Positions 1 to 9,760 of a stretch of DNA of 64,000 nucleotides are shown here, piece after piece; position 1 is the stretch's first letter, and each line of letters opens with the position of its first letter. Source of the stretch: a virus. The notes below the pieces were generated by a model. It had not been told where the DNA came from, ran no database searches, and was given only the letters and a program-made list of their open reading frames with translations. The DNA is taken from IMG/VR virus record IMGVR_UViG_3300020424_000002, positions 32,001 through 96,000 of that record, one strand, 5' to 3'. The translations under genes were made by a program, and so were the position numbers.

Positions 1-3000
1 GGAACTGATACTGGAGAGTTATGTCCTATGTCAACCTTAACTATTCCTTCATTGACATGATGTTCTTCTACTGTCGTTGCAGTAAAGTGTGTTGTTCCAC
101 CAGACTCATTTGTAATTGCTTCAGTTGTAAAACTTCCCAAATTTGCACCAAGTGAATCTGAACCTTCCCAAACAATAATAAACTTATTGACTGTATCATG
201 TTCCATGACACGACCTAACTTACCAGATGATGCACCTTTAACTGTTTGACCTATTGTAATTGCATTGTTTAATGTGGTATAATAAATTCTAGTATGTGCA
301 TAGTGTGGTAGTATTTCTAATTCTTTTATAACTTGATGACCATGTGCAGTTACATTTGCACGAATAATTCTGTCATATAATCCTACATCGGATTCTATAA
401 TATCTTCTCCAACAATAAATGCTTGTCCAGAACCTTGGTCTGTTTTAACACTTGCATCTGTAACTGAATTAACAATTGCTTTTGAACCAGATGATGCACC
501 AACAATACCATGTACAAACTCTATGTCTGTATCTGACTGGTCTGTTTTCCATTCACCACTTGTTTCCATAAACAAACTAAAGACACCAGGCCTACCATCT
601 TCTGATTGAAGTTGTTTCATTGCAGTATGGTCTGGTCTGATTTGGTCAATAATTAATGTGGTAGAATTACTTGAAACAACTCTACCTGTAATAGTTGCAA
701 TGTCTCCACTTGCAGTTTTAAATAAATTTTGTGATACTGTTTCTCCAACTGTAAATGTTGTTGAACCAGCTGGTGACATTCCTGTTGTGCTAACTGCTAA
801 TGATAATCTGTCGTCTGCAAGGAATCTCTCTGTTACTGCAACACCATCACCATTTTCTAATATTATATTTTGTTCTTCTGCATAGAATACATCTTCTTCT
901 CCAGATGCAACTGTACCTTCTTCTAAAATAATTTTTGCTGGGTCAATTTTAGAACCAATATAAAGTGTTGGAATAAATGACCTTGTAACTCTATCACCAT
1001 CAAATCCTTCGGTATTAGAACCAGCACGATATGTTTCTGCACTACCATCTATCTTATTACTGATTGCAACTTCACCAAAGAATATTGTACCAGCTGGATT
1101 TAATAACTGTTGAACCACTGAACGATAGTTGTTAATACTTTGACCAACTTTAATTACATATGAAAAGTCTTGATAGAACTTAGAGTCTTGAATTCTTTGT
1201 GCAGTTACAGATGGAAAACCAACATCACTTGTATAGTTTCCATCTACTTTAGATGTTGAATTATTTTTTGCACTAACTGTTGCTGGATTTCCTTCTAATA
1301 TAGTAAAACTTTTTCCATCGGATACTGTAACATGTTCTCCTATTTTAAAGAATCCTGTAATGTCTTCTAATGAAATAACTCCAGTATCACCATTAAATGA
1401 TTTTATTGTTGCAGTTGCATTACTGATACTACCAGTAACAGTTGTACCAGCAAGTGGGTTTGTACTTATTCTACCTATTACAAAGTGGTGATTAAAATCT
1501 GGAATACCTTGTGATTTATTAAAATGATTTCCAGATTCTATAACTCTTAACTTTCCTATTGAACCGATGTCATTACCATAAGGTAAAAGTCTTGCACCCA
1601 CTCCAGTAGTAAAACTGTTTTGTTTTGATGTTGCAGTAGCACCAGATGATGCACCTGTTAAAGTACTTCCTACTGTAAAAGTAGATGTATCAGTTGTAGT
1701 TTGTAATTTAGCAATAACAAGTTTTTTTGCACCTATATCATGGTCAACTAATTTACCTGTTGTAGTTCCAGATGTAATTGTTTCTCCTATCGTAAAATTA
1801 GGTGTGGTTGTTTCTGAATAAAATACTTCACCACCCACAAATGCTTGTGGAAGTGAGGTATATCCAACACCACTTGTTGTTATTCTGATTCTTGAAATTG
1901 CACCAGTTGGGTTTGCACCAGATTGGTCATAAAGTAATTTGTTTTCTCCTGTTGATTGTAATCCATCTTCCAGAATTAAAGTTGTTTCTTCTGGTTCTGC
2001 AAATACTTCTATTATTGTTCCAGCCTGACCAACATAATTTGCATGGGAACTGTTTGCATAAGTTCCTGTAAAAACAATAGAGTTTCCATTAAGTCCTACA
2101 TTTGCAGCTCCTCTAACTTCTTCAAATACTGAGAATGATACATTACCACCCTGTGCAGTTATGTTCTGAGATTCATCTGCCCTCTTTACTCTAACTACAA
2201 CTTTCTCTGGGTCATATACTAAAAGATTATCGTGTTTATCTTTTCCACTAAATGTAGTTTGTCCAGAAGACGCAGTAAATTCAAATGAACCAAATGTTGT
2301 TCCAGACTCTAAAAGTATGTCTCCAGAAATAGATGTAACTACACCCTGTGCAAGTGTTCCACCACTTCCTGTGTTATCAAAAACTACAAGGTCTCCATCA
2401 CTATATCCTGTTCCTCTTACATCTGGGTCTACTATAACTTTTTCTATTTTTCCATCTTCAACATTACCTATTAATGTTTTTGCAGATTGACCCACACCTA
2501 ATTCTGATTGTGGTAAATTAACTACAACATTTTCTGATTGTGAATACAATGCACCAGTAGATACTTCTTCTGATTTCATTGCACCACCAACTGCAGCTTC
2601 TGTTTGTGGTGTGTTAACTGTTTCTCTAACCATGATAGGTGTTTTACCATGGAGTTCGTTTGCAGTATTATCTGTTGATGTACCTTCTTCTAAAAGAATA
2701 AGATTGTTTGTTCCAACAACTAAGTTATCTGTTGCAGTTTCTAATTGGAATCCTTCGGTATCATCTGACTCTGCTGAGAAAAATCCTGTGTCTGTTCCAG
2801 ACTCAAGTCTGATAAGAACACTACTGTCTGTTGTGTCCATATCACTTATAATACCTCTAACAGTTGCAAGATGATACTTCCTTGAATTTTCTCTTGATTG
2901 TAATTCTACTGTGTCACCTATTGATAAACTTCCAATGTATGGCTCCATGATTACCACTTGGTAAACATTATCTCCTTCCCCACTCGTTGTTCTTGTAATT

Positions 3001-3851
3001 GTGTCTGCTTGAATATCGGTGACTACCTGTTGTTCGATATTTCTTTTTATTATTTTTCCTTTTGCATATTCAAGTAGATTTTCTTCTGAATGTAAATTTA
3101 ATACTGTTGATTCTGTCCATTTAGAATCAGATGGTTTTATCATGTTATCTCTAGGATAACTAACTTCTATGTCTTCGTTATATAATACTCTGAATAAGAA
3201 ATCATATGATGCCATACTACCTTTTGAAAGATAGATATTATTGATGTGTTTTGCAAGTAATCTTTTATCTGCAATTATTTTTGAATCAATTGTAGGCATG
3301 AAGTCTCTTCGGAAATATTCCAAAAAGTCTCCTGTAGTTTTATCTACATCTGCATAATCTAATAAATTATTTGCAGCGAATAATGCACCACCTTCAAAAG
3401 AGTTAACTTTTGCAGTGTACCCACTATTCTGACCAACAATTGTTTCTTCTGGTAAAAATTGTGCTTCGGTAAATACCTCGATATAAAGTTTGTTATCTAC
3501 AGTTGCAAGAACATCAATTCTTGCAGTTGCACCAGATGTAGAACCAACGACATATTCACCTATTTCCCAAAACCCTGTTTGTGTTTGACCTACAGTATTT
3601 TGTTCGAATAATATTTTTGCTTTGTCTATAGGTGATGGAGAAAAGGTTTTAGTCTCTTGTATGAGTGCCCCTTCTCCATCTTCTAATCCTATTGTCTCAA
3701 GGTCTGTGCCTTGTTCAAAGATAAGAATACCTTTCTCTAAGAAATCAAAGTAAGCAGTTAAAAACTTCTTAAATCCTTGACCTTCCTCATTCATGTACTC
3801 TGGTAAGAGTTCATGTAATTGGTCGGTTATTCTATCGTTGAGAATTGGCAT
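1..3851 (-). CDS. Large baseplate wedge protein (gp7-like), 3' end runs off window; missing from ORF track
   Basis: ATG at 3851 reading MPILNDRITDQLHELLPEYMNEEGQGFKKFLTAYFDFLEKG, later YLSKGSMASYDFLFRVLYNEDIEVSYPRD and RIQDSKFYQDFSYVIK, typical of T4-like wedge proteins; lies downstream of gp6. Confidence 0.75.
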   Translation of the reverse strand, partial: MPILNDRITDQLHELLPEYMNEEGQGFKKFLTAYFDFLEKGILIFEQGTDLETIGLEDGEGALIQETKTFSPSPIDKAKILFEQNTVGQTQTGFWEIGEYVVGSTSGATARIDVLATVDNKLYIEVFTEAQFLPEETIVGQNSGYTAKVNSFEGGALFAANNLLDYADVDKTTGDFLEYFRRDFMPTIDSKIIADKRLLAKHINNIYLSKGSMASYDFLFRVLYNEDIEVSYPRDNMIKPSDSKWTESTVLNLHSEENLLEYAKGKIIKRNIEQQVVTDIQADTITRTTSGEGDNVYQVVIMEPYIGSLSIGDTVELQSRENSRKYHLATVRGIISDMDTTDSSVLIRLESGTDTGFFSAESDDTEGFQLETATDNLVVGTNNLILLEEGTSTDNTANELHGKTPIMVRETVNTPQTEAAVGGAMKSEEVSTGALYSQSENVVVNLPQSELGVGQSAKTLIGNVEDGKIEKVIVDPDVRGTGYSDGDLVVFDNTGSGGTLAQGVVTSISGDILLESGTTFGSFEFTASSGQTTFSGKDKHDNLLVYDPEKVVVRVKRADESQNITAQGGNVSFSVFEEVRGAANVGLNGNSIVFTGTYANSSHANYVGQAGTIIEVFAEPEETTLILEDGLQSTGENKLLYDQSGANPTGAISRIRITTSGVGYTSLPQAFVGGEVFYSETTTPNFTIGETITSGTTTGKLVDHDIGAKKLVIAKLQTTTDTSTFTVGSTLTGASSGATATSKQNSFTTGVGARLLPYGNDIGSIGKLRVIESGNHFNKSQGIPDFNHHFVIGRISTNPLAGTTVTGSISNATATIKSFNGDTGVISLEDITGFFKIGEHVTVSDGKSFTILEGNPATVSAKNNSTSKVDGNYTSDVGFPSVTAQRIQDSKFYQDFSYVIKVGQSINNYRSVVQQLLNPAGTIFFGEVAISNKIDGSAETYRAGSNTEGFDGDRVTRSFIPTLYIGSKIDPAKIILEEGTVASGEEDVFYAEEQNIILENGDGVAVTERFLADDRLSLAVSTTGMSPAGSTTFTVGETVSQNLFKTASGDIATITGRVVSSNSTTLIIDQIRPDHTAMKQLQSEDGRPGVFSLFMETSGEWKTDQSDTDIEFVHGIVGASSGSKAIVNSVTDASVKTDQGSGQAFIVGEDIIESDVGLYDRIIRANVTAHGHQVIKELEILPHYAHTRIYYTTLNNAITIGQTVKGASSGKLGRVMEHDTVNKFIIVWEGSDSLGANLGSFTTEAITNESGGTTHFTATTVEEHHVNEGIVKVDIGHNSPVSV

Positions 3852-3863
3852 TATTAATTATCC

Positions 3864-4334
3864 TTAAGCAACAGTGTAAGAATTTCCACCTATAACAACC
3901 CAACCATATGTTGAACCTGTGTACAACATTTGGACTGAATCACCAGCACTATCAAGTTCTACATATGAACCACCAGTAAAAGTACCAGATGGACTTATAC
4001 GAACATTTTTACCGCCATCACTTACTAGAACAAAATATTTAATTTGTCCTGTAGAACCAGTTCCTACTGTTAAAGTGTCATGACTACCACTACCACTTGT
4101 TGTGATGTAGTGTGCCCATTTACCAGCTGTTGCAGTTGCTTGGTTCGAACTGAACGATACAGCTTCTGCTGATTGAGCAAATCCCAGATAATCTGGAAGG
4201 TTGTTTAAAACATTACTGACTGAAACCTTTTTATTTACTGGAGTTCCAGATGGGTCGTCAATAACATGAAGCAAGTCTTCACCTGCTATACCAGTCCCTA
4301 AATCTGATAGGGCCGTTACTTTTTTATCTGCCAT
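3864..4334 (-). CDS. Small virion/baseplate-associated protein
   Basis: [13 protein letters not shown]-terminus common in phage structural proteins; beta/Gly-Ser-rich; SD GAGG; structural context. Confidence 0.55.
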   Translation of the reverse strand: MADKKVTALSDLGTGIAGEDLLHVIDDPSGTPVNKKVSVSNVLNNLPDYLGFAQSAEAVSFSSNQATATAGKWAHYITTSGSGSHDTLTVGTGSTGQIKYFVLVSDGGKNVRISPSGTFTGGSYVELDSAGDSVQMLYTGSTYGWVVIGGNSYTVA

Positions 4335-4415
4335 TTTAGTTTCCTCTCTAATTAAGCATTGTTAAAACCCACACCATGTGGGAATTCTACTTCATGCATA
4401 CACATGAATCATAGT

Positions 4416-6287
4416 TTAGGAGTAACTAGACGAGGATGTATATCCCACCCCAGCACTCGTATCACCAGATGCAATGGTGTCTGTTGCACCAGTCACATCA
4501 ATCAATGACGAGTTTATATCTAGAAGATTACTTCTAAATGCAACACTGTCATTTGAATTCGGTTTCACTGTAAAGTGAATTGTATCATCGGTATTAACTG
4601 TTGAAAGTATATTAATACCTGTTGTTGTAATTTTTCCATTTGAATAGTCTACTGTTCCTGCTTGATTATCTGCGTAGACTCTTGTTGAACCAGTAATTGA
4701 ATATCGTCTTAAATTACCATCACCATCATCATCAAAGTAAAATGTATCTGTAAATCCAGATACTAAAAAACCACTGGTTTCTAATATACCACCACCAGCT
4801 TTGTTATGACCACTATGAGGATTGTAAAAGGGATTACCACTACCAAAGTCGATAGTGTATCCTTTACTTTGATTAAAAGTAGGACTAATTGTTTTTCTAA
4901 GTTTGACAGTTGTGATATTCGAAAGAATCGAGGATTCTGCACTGTCTATGTCTTTCGCTAGAACTGAGTGCCTAAAGATACCATCAAACCCACTTAAATA
5001 AGTGCTGTCATGTGTAATAATTGCAGCTCTTACAAGTGTTTCCAGTTCAGATACAGTCTTTGTTGTTGCTTTAGGATTGTACTTAAAGTTAGTATTCACT
5101 AGAATGTCTATGACATCTGCATCAATCAATTCTGGTCTGACTGTTAACATATTTAGTGTTTTTAGTTTTTGCTTTAATATAGTTTTCTCAGAACTAGTTA
5201 ATTTGTTAACTGTCTGTGAAGGTTTAATTGCAATGAATATTTTTCCATATTGTGGTGGGTCATTATCTTCTCCACCCCAAACTGAAATTGAATCTGCGCC
5301 TGGGTATAGAGTTTGCAGTTTAGACTTATAATCGTCTACTGTGACTAATCTATTTTGTGAAGTATAAAATTTAGAAGCTGCAAACTTAATTGAATCAATA
5401 GATTCTTTATCTTTACCACCACTTGAATTTGTTTTAGTTATTAAAGTTACATCTGTGTTACCACCAACTGAATCTGTCATAGTAAATGAAGATGAACCAT
5501 CGGTATGATTTTCATTTGTTACTAGATATGAAATTGTAATTGTATCTCCATCTAAAGGTTCTGCACTAACAACACCATCACCAAAATATACTTCAAATAA
5601 TCCTTGGTCATTTTCTTGCACATACCATACTGTGCTATTTGAGTTTACAGAACTTATATCAGTTGATTGTGACCATGCAGAAGATGAACCACCTGTTGAT
5701 TGCACTGTAACTGTAATACTAGATGTATCTACGAGTTCTTCTGTAAGTGGAAATCTTTGATTTTGTATTTGACCATTGTATGCAAAGATATCAGAGTTCA
5801 TAGTTCCTTGATATATTTCAAGATTCTCAAATTTAAATACACCATTCAGAGGTGTAATTGTTTGTGATTCTAATAATACATATGGATAATTAAATCCATC
5901 ATAAACTGTTTTAAATTTATGTCCTCTATTAAGAGTTAATGATGTAGGAGTCTCACCACCAATCAAAGGATTGTTAACTTGTAAATCTATGGTTGCTGAT
6001 GAGGCAGTTGCACTTGTTGGTGTGTATCCTATTTCTTTTGCACGAGATACTACATTCTTTCTTATTTGTGCAGTATCTAAAAATAATTCAGATGCAACCA
6101 TGTTTGCATTGAACGCTGAGACATGTGAACTATATGCAAGAAGGTCTATAAGTAAACTAATATTACTTCCTTCAAAATCATAGTCTTTAAGAGTCGATTG
6201 ACCCTTTAAATAGTTTTTTAAATTTTTCGAAATATCATCGAAATCTAAATCGGTGATATTGACTTGTGAACTTTTTACTGTTGCCAT
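4416..6287 (-). CDS. gp6: Baseplate wedge subunit gp6
   Basis: DLDFDDI..NLKNYL, DYDFEGS, FLDTAQIRKNVVS.AKEIGY.P, VYFGDG, QNRLVTVDDY, VWGGEDNDPPQYGK. Confidence 0.95.
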   Translation of the reverse strand: MATVKSSQVNITDLDFDDISKNLKNYLKGQSTLKDYDFEGSNISLLIDLLAYSSHVSAFNANMVASELFLDTAQIRKNVVSRAKEIGYTPTSATASSATIDLQVNNPLIGGETPTSLTLNRGHKFKTVYDGFNYPYVLLESQTITPLNGVFKFENLEIYQGTMNSDIFAYNGQIQNQRFPLTEELVDTSSITVTVQSTGGSSSAWSQSTDISSVNSNSTVWYVQENDQGLFEVYFGDGVVSAEPLDGDTITISYLVTNENHTDGSSSFTMTDSVGGNTDVTLITKTNSSGGKDKESIDSIKFAASKFYTSQNRLVTVDDYKSKLQTLYPGADSISVWGGEDNDPPQYGKIFIAIKPSQTVNKLTSSEKTILKQKLKTLNMLTVRPELIDADVIDILVNTNFKYNPKATTKTVSELETLVRAAIITHDSTYLSGFDGIFRHSVLAKDIDSAESSILSNITTVKLRKTISPTFNQSKGYTIDFGSGNPFYNPHSGHNKAGGGILETSGFLVSGFTDTFYFDDDGDGNLRRYSITGSTRVYADNQAGTVDYSNGKITTTGINILSTVNTDDTIHFTVKPNSNDSVAFRSNLLDINSSLIDVTGATDTIASGDTSAGVGYTSSSSYS

Positions 6288-6706
6288 TATCGTACTCTCT
6301 GTAATATTACTTCTACTTCTTGGGGTTCTATCACACCTCTAATTCCATAATGTAAATTTATAAACATATTATTAGACTTATCTTCGTTTAAATATATTTC
6401 GTCTATTTGCACCCTAGGTTCATAAGCTTCTATTGCTTCTGTTATTTGTTTTCTTATTTCAAATTTAGTGATATCATCTGCAAGTTCAAATAAAAGACCT
6501 CTTAAGTTTGCACCAAAGTTTGGTCTAAAAGGTCTTTCATAATTATTAGTTAACATGATATTTCTTAGTGACCTTTTAATTGCATCCTTATCATACTTAA
6601 GAGTTAAGTCTTTAGAAGAAGGATGTGGGGTCAGATTTAAATCAATATCTGTATACCACCTTCTTGCAGTTATCTTGTTTTGATTCTTGAAATAATTATC
6701 ACTCAT
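6287..6706 (-). CDS. gp25: Baseplate wedge subunit gp25
   Basis: YTDIDL, AIKRSLRNI..T...ERPFRPNFG, YEPRV. Confidence 0.95.
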   Translation of the reverse strand: MSDNYFKNQNKITARRWYTDIDLNLTPHPSSKDLTLKYDKDAIKRSLRNIMLTNNYERPFRPNFGANLRGLLFELADDITKFEIRKQITEAIEAYEPRVQIDEIYLNEDKSNNMFINLHYGIRGVIEPQEVEVILQRVR

Positions 6707-6714
6707 ACTATTAT

Positions 6715-7821
6715 TTATGTCCCTTCTAGTACTAGATTAGAAACAGATATCTCTTTTGGGAAACCAAGGAACTCTAAGAACGAACATAGAGTAAATGGTA
6801 TCGGTATACCAGATGGTATAAGCATCCCAAGATATTTTGAAAGTTTTTCTAGAACTGCTTCAAGTAACATTTGAGGTAGATTTTTTATGAAGTTATCAAT
6901 TCTATCTCTTAACTTATCTATATTCCAGTTTGGAAAATCTACTTTTTTAAACTCACCTATTTCTTCTAAATCAATTAAGTCACCTAATGTCTTTGGTAAA
7001 TCAAGTCCTACTAATTCTGCTGAATCAGCTATTTCTGATACAAGTGGTAAAGGGTATGTAAGTAATTCTGTTTGAAAATCTTTACCTGCTTCTTTAAATT
7101 GTTTTTTTAATCCCATAAGAAATTTATCGGTATCAAAATCTAGTTGACCACCATTTACAACCATGCCTGGCAAACTTAATAATAATGCTAGGTAATCTGG
7201 AAATGGGTCTGGTAATGCTTCAATTGTTTCTATTGCAGCTTCCAGAGCTTCATTTTCTAGTATCTTTGCTAGTGTACCAAAAACATTTCCTTTAAATAAT
7301 TCTTTTACTTTTGCAACAAACTCTTTCCATGCTTTAGTCATCTTAATTGCTGGTGCATCGATACCATCTGTACCATCCCAGTTTTCTAAAACAAAATCTG
7401 GAACAAGTAAATCTATTATATCATCACCAGCTTCTTGAAATTGTGTTAAGAGTTGTCCTTTGTAATCTGGGTCTGTTATTAATAGTCTAACATCAACTGA
7501 TATACCTGTAATTGGTTCTACTACAACCATAGGAACTTTTATTATTTTACTGAATACTTCTGCAAGTTTTACCAGTGGATATAATTTAAATTCTTCAATG
7601 ATTGCTTGGATTTTATTTTCCCATTCTAATTCTGGTATATCTAAAGTAATACCATCCCAAGAATGAGATAAAGGAAATGCACCTAATAATTCTTCAAGAG
7701 GTTTAATATATTCCCAACCATATTGATTCCCAATAAAAATTATTATTTTTTCTAATTCATCAGCAGTTGGTACAACAACCTTTGGACATGGGACTTTAAC
7801 TGGTGCAGTAGAAGTTGTCAT
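6715..7821 (-). CDS. Hypothetical 368-aa helical protein between gp5 and gp25
   Basis: Long ORF abutting gp5; no recognised family. Confidence 0.6.
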   Translation of the reverse strand: MTTSTAPVKVPCPKVVVPTADELEKIIIFIGNQYGWEYIKPLEELLGAFPLSHSWDGITLDIPELEWENKIQAIIEEFKLYPLVKLAEVFSKIIKVPMVVVEPITGISVDVRLLITDPDYKGQLLTQFQEAGDDIIDLLVPDFVLENWDGTDGIDAPAIKMTKAWKEFVAKVKELFKGNVFGTLAKILENEALEAAIETIEALPDPFPDYLALLLSLPGMVVNGGQLDFDTDKFLMGLKKQFKEAGKDFQTELLTYPLPLVSEIADSAELVGLDLPKTLGDLIDLEEIGEFKKVDFPNWNIDKLRDRIDNFIKNLPQMLLEAVLEKLSKYLGMLIPSGIPIPFTLCSFLEFLGFPKEISVSNLVLEGT

Positions 7822-8912
7822 TAATCATACTTAGTACCATTTAATGATACATTACCTTTTATTCTTACTGCTTTAGTTTTATTCGTAAGTGTTAAATCAA
7901 TATTCCCATCAGCAGTCAAACTAATATTACCACCATCTTCGGTAGTACCTTTAGAAGCAATTAAATTATAATTACCATTGGAGAGTTCTATATCTGCACT
8001 TCCACCAATTAATATTTTCTTATCTTTTAAAGTAATCTCATAAGAGTCATTGACTATTTTCATAGTTTGAGAACCATCTGGTAATACTTCTAAACGAGTC
8101 CCAGACCTATGATACATGTGAATTCTTTCGGATGCTGGTGTGTCATCTAATTCTAGGACATGACCAGATTCAGATTCTATTACATGATTAAAAGGATAAA
8201 CTGGATTTACTACTGACTTACCTCTAGTTAATTCTTTGACTGTATTACCCTTAGACCTTTCAATCATATTATTTGGATAATTACTTGCACCACCAGTCGT
8301 TGCAATTTTATTTACATCGGAGCTAGACCTTTTAGTATAAGACTCTTTTGGATATCTTACACCTTTATCTGGATTATTAATCTTAGTACCAGAACCATCT
8401 AACTTCTGGTCTAAACTATCTGGGATTCTTGGTGAAGTGTCTAGTGCTTGAGTTAGATTCCAGTTACGACCATTATTACTATTTTTTGCACCATCGATAG
8501 AGTTGATATAATCTTTTCTAGTATCTCTACGAGGGTCATTGAATCCATGTTCGGCACTACGAGATATTGGATTAGAACCATCACCCTGTGGTATTTTCCA
8601 GTCATTACTTGGTAACCCAAACAGTGAACCCATGACTACAAAGTCTTGCATATCATATTCATCTCGGAACATACCCATGACAGTTGTACCTTCAACCAAA
8701 CCATGTGGAGACAGACCTAGACCAGACAAGGATGCTGTAGAGGTCGGCATAAGGACATCACACCAAGGTAAGTCTGGAGTTGCAATAAGAGTCTTGTCAT
8801 CGGTATGCAGTCCATAGATACGCACACGAACTCGACCAACTTGTAATGGGTCGTTTCGGTCTTCGACTACTCCTGTATAAAAGTTTGATTGTAATCCTGT
8901 AAATTTCGGCAT
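7821..8912 (-). CDS. gp5: Baseplate central spike gp5 (short, no lysozyme domain)
   Basis: OB-fold GVVEDRNDPLQVGRVRVRIYGLH...LPW; YPFNHVIESESGHVLELDDTP..ERIHMYHRSGT. Confidence 0.92.
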   Translation of the reverse strand: MPKFTGLQSNFYTGVVEDRNDPLQVGRVRVRIYGLHTDDKTLIATPDLPWCDVLMPTSTASLSGLGLSPHGLVEGTTVMGMFRDEYDMQDFVVMGSLFGLPSNDWKIPQGDGSNPISRSAEHGFNDPRRDTRKDYINSIDGAKNSNNGRNWNLTQALDTSPRIPDSLDQKLDGSGTKINNPDKGVRYPKESYTKRSSSDVNKIATTGGASNYPNNMIERSKGNTVKELTRGKSVVNPVYPFNHVIESESGHVLELDDTPASERIHMYHRSGTRLEVLPDGSQTMKIVNDSYEITLKDKKILIGGSADIELSNGNYNLIASKGTTEDGGNISLTADGNIDLTLTNKTKAVRIKGNVSLNGTKYD

Positions 8913-9289
8913 CAGTTTAATCCTAATAGTTCTCTGTACATTCGGTCTTTAGGGTCGATTATTTTTATTCTAGGTTCATGTCGTAAAGGTAGAACCTCGT
9001 AGTTATCGTCTAGGTAAATGTAAGAACAAATAATCAGTTCATCACCTATGTTGGTAAGATGAGCTCCTGCACCATTGACTGAAACTTCATTCGAACCTCT
9101 GGGTAAAGGTAGGACATAAGTCGTATGTCGGTTACCATTGGTTTTATTATAGACATCAACCTGTTCATGGACTAGGAGTCCCACCTCATCCATCCAGTCT
9201 TCGTCAATTAAAATAGAACCTTCATAATCTAAATCTACATCGGTACAAACTGCACCATGTATTTTACTATTTAAAAAACATCGTGTCAT
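8912..9289 (-). CDS. panD: Aspartate 1-decarboxylase (pyruvoyl-dependent)
   Basis: SKIH (K9,H11), YEG/SI autocleavage site G24-S25, R54, T57-Y58, NGAGA, GDELII. Confidence 0.93.
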   Translation of the reverse strand: MTRCFLNSKIHGAVCTDVDLDYEGSILIDEDWMDEVGLLVHEQVDVYNKTNGNRHTTYVLPLPRGSNEVSVNGAGAHLTNIGDELIICSYIYLDDNYEVLPLRHEPRIKIIDPKDRMYRELLGLN

Positions 9290-9474
9290 TATTTAATCCT
9301 TGAATGTTTACCATTCCCTTTATTATTACCAGAATCATATTCTGTTAATGCTTTAAAATATTCTCTTTTTTTAATATTAAATTTATACCAAAAAATATTC
9401 ATACCTCTAGGGTTTGAATGTTCCCCTATCATTAAAATAATACATGCAAGTAAAGGTATGAATATAAATTCCAT
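9289..9474 (-). CDS. Small hypothetical membrane protein
   Basis: Hydrophobic N-terminus; abuts panD. Confidence 0.5.
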   Translation of the reverse strand: MEFIFIPLLACIILMIGEHSNPRGMNIFWYKFNIKKREYFKALTEYDSGNNKGNGKHSRIK

Positions 9475-9475
9475 A

Positions 9476-9616
9476 TTAAAATATCCAAAATAATAAAAGA
9501 GTAAATAATACTCCCTTAATAAAACAAATCCATGCTAATTCATAGTCATTAATACCAGTTAAATCAATAAATTCATACATCATTTCCTTATGTTTGTCTA
9601 TTATTTTTTCTAACAT
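9476..9616 (-). CDS. 46-aa membrane protein (not in ORF track)
   Basis: MLEKIIDKHKEMMYEFIDLTGINDYELAWICFIKGVLFTLFIIWIF with SD AGGAG. Confidence 0.65.
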   Translation of the reverse strand: MLEKIIDKHKEMMYEFIDLTGINDYELAWICFIKGVLFTLLLFWIF

Positions 9617-9645
9617 ATATTTCTCCTATGTTTATTATTATTATT

Positions 9646-9737
9646 TAGGAGTCCCAGATAAACTCTAGGAGTCCCAGAACTTCCCAAGACATTTTAGGGC
9701 TGAGCAAAGGGCACAAAAAAATACCCTAGGAGTCCCA
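9646..9737 (+). repeat. Three direct copies of TAGGAGTCCCA (fourth at 9173-9183)
   Basis: Exact 11-mer at 9646, 9666, 9727 and 9173. Confidence 0.9.
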
Positions 9738-9760
9738 AACTACTGTCCCTTCGAGGCTCT

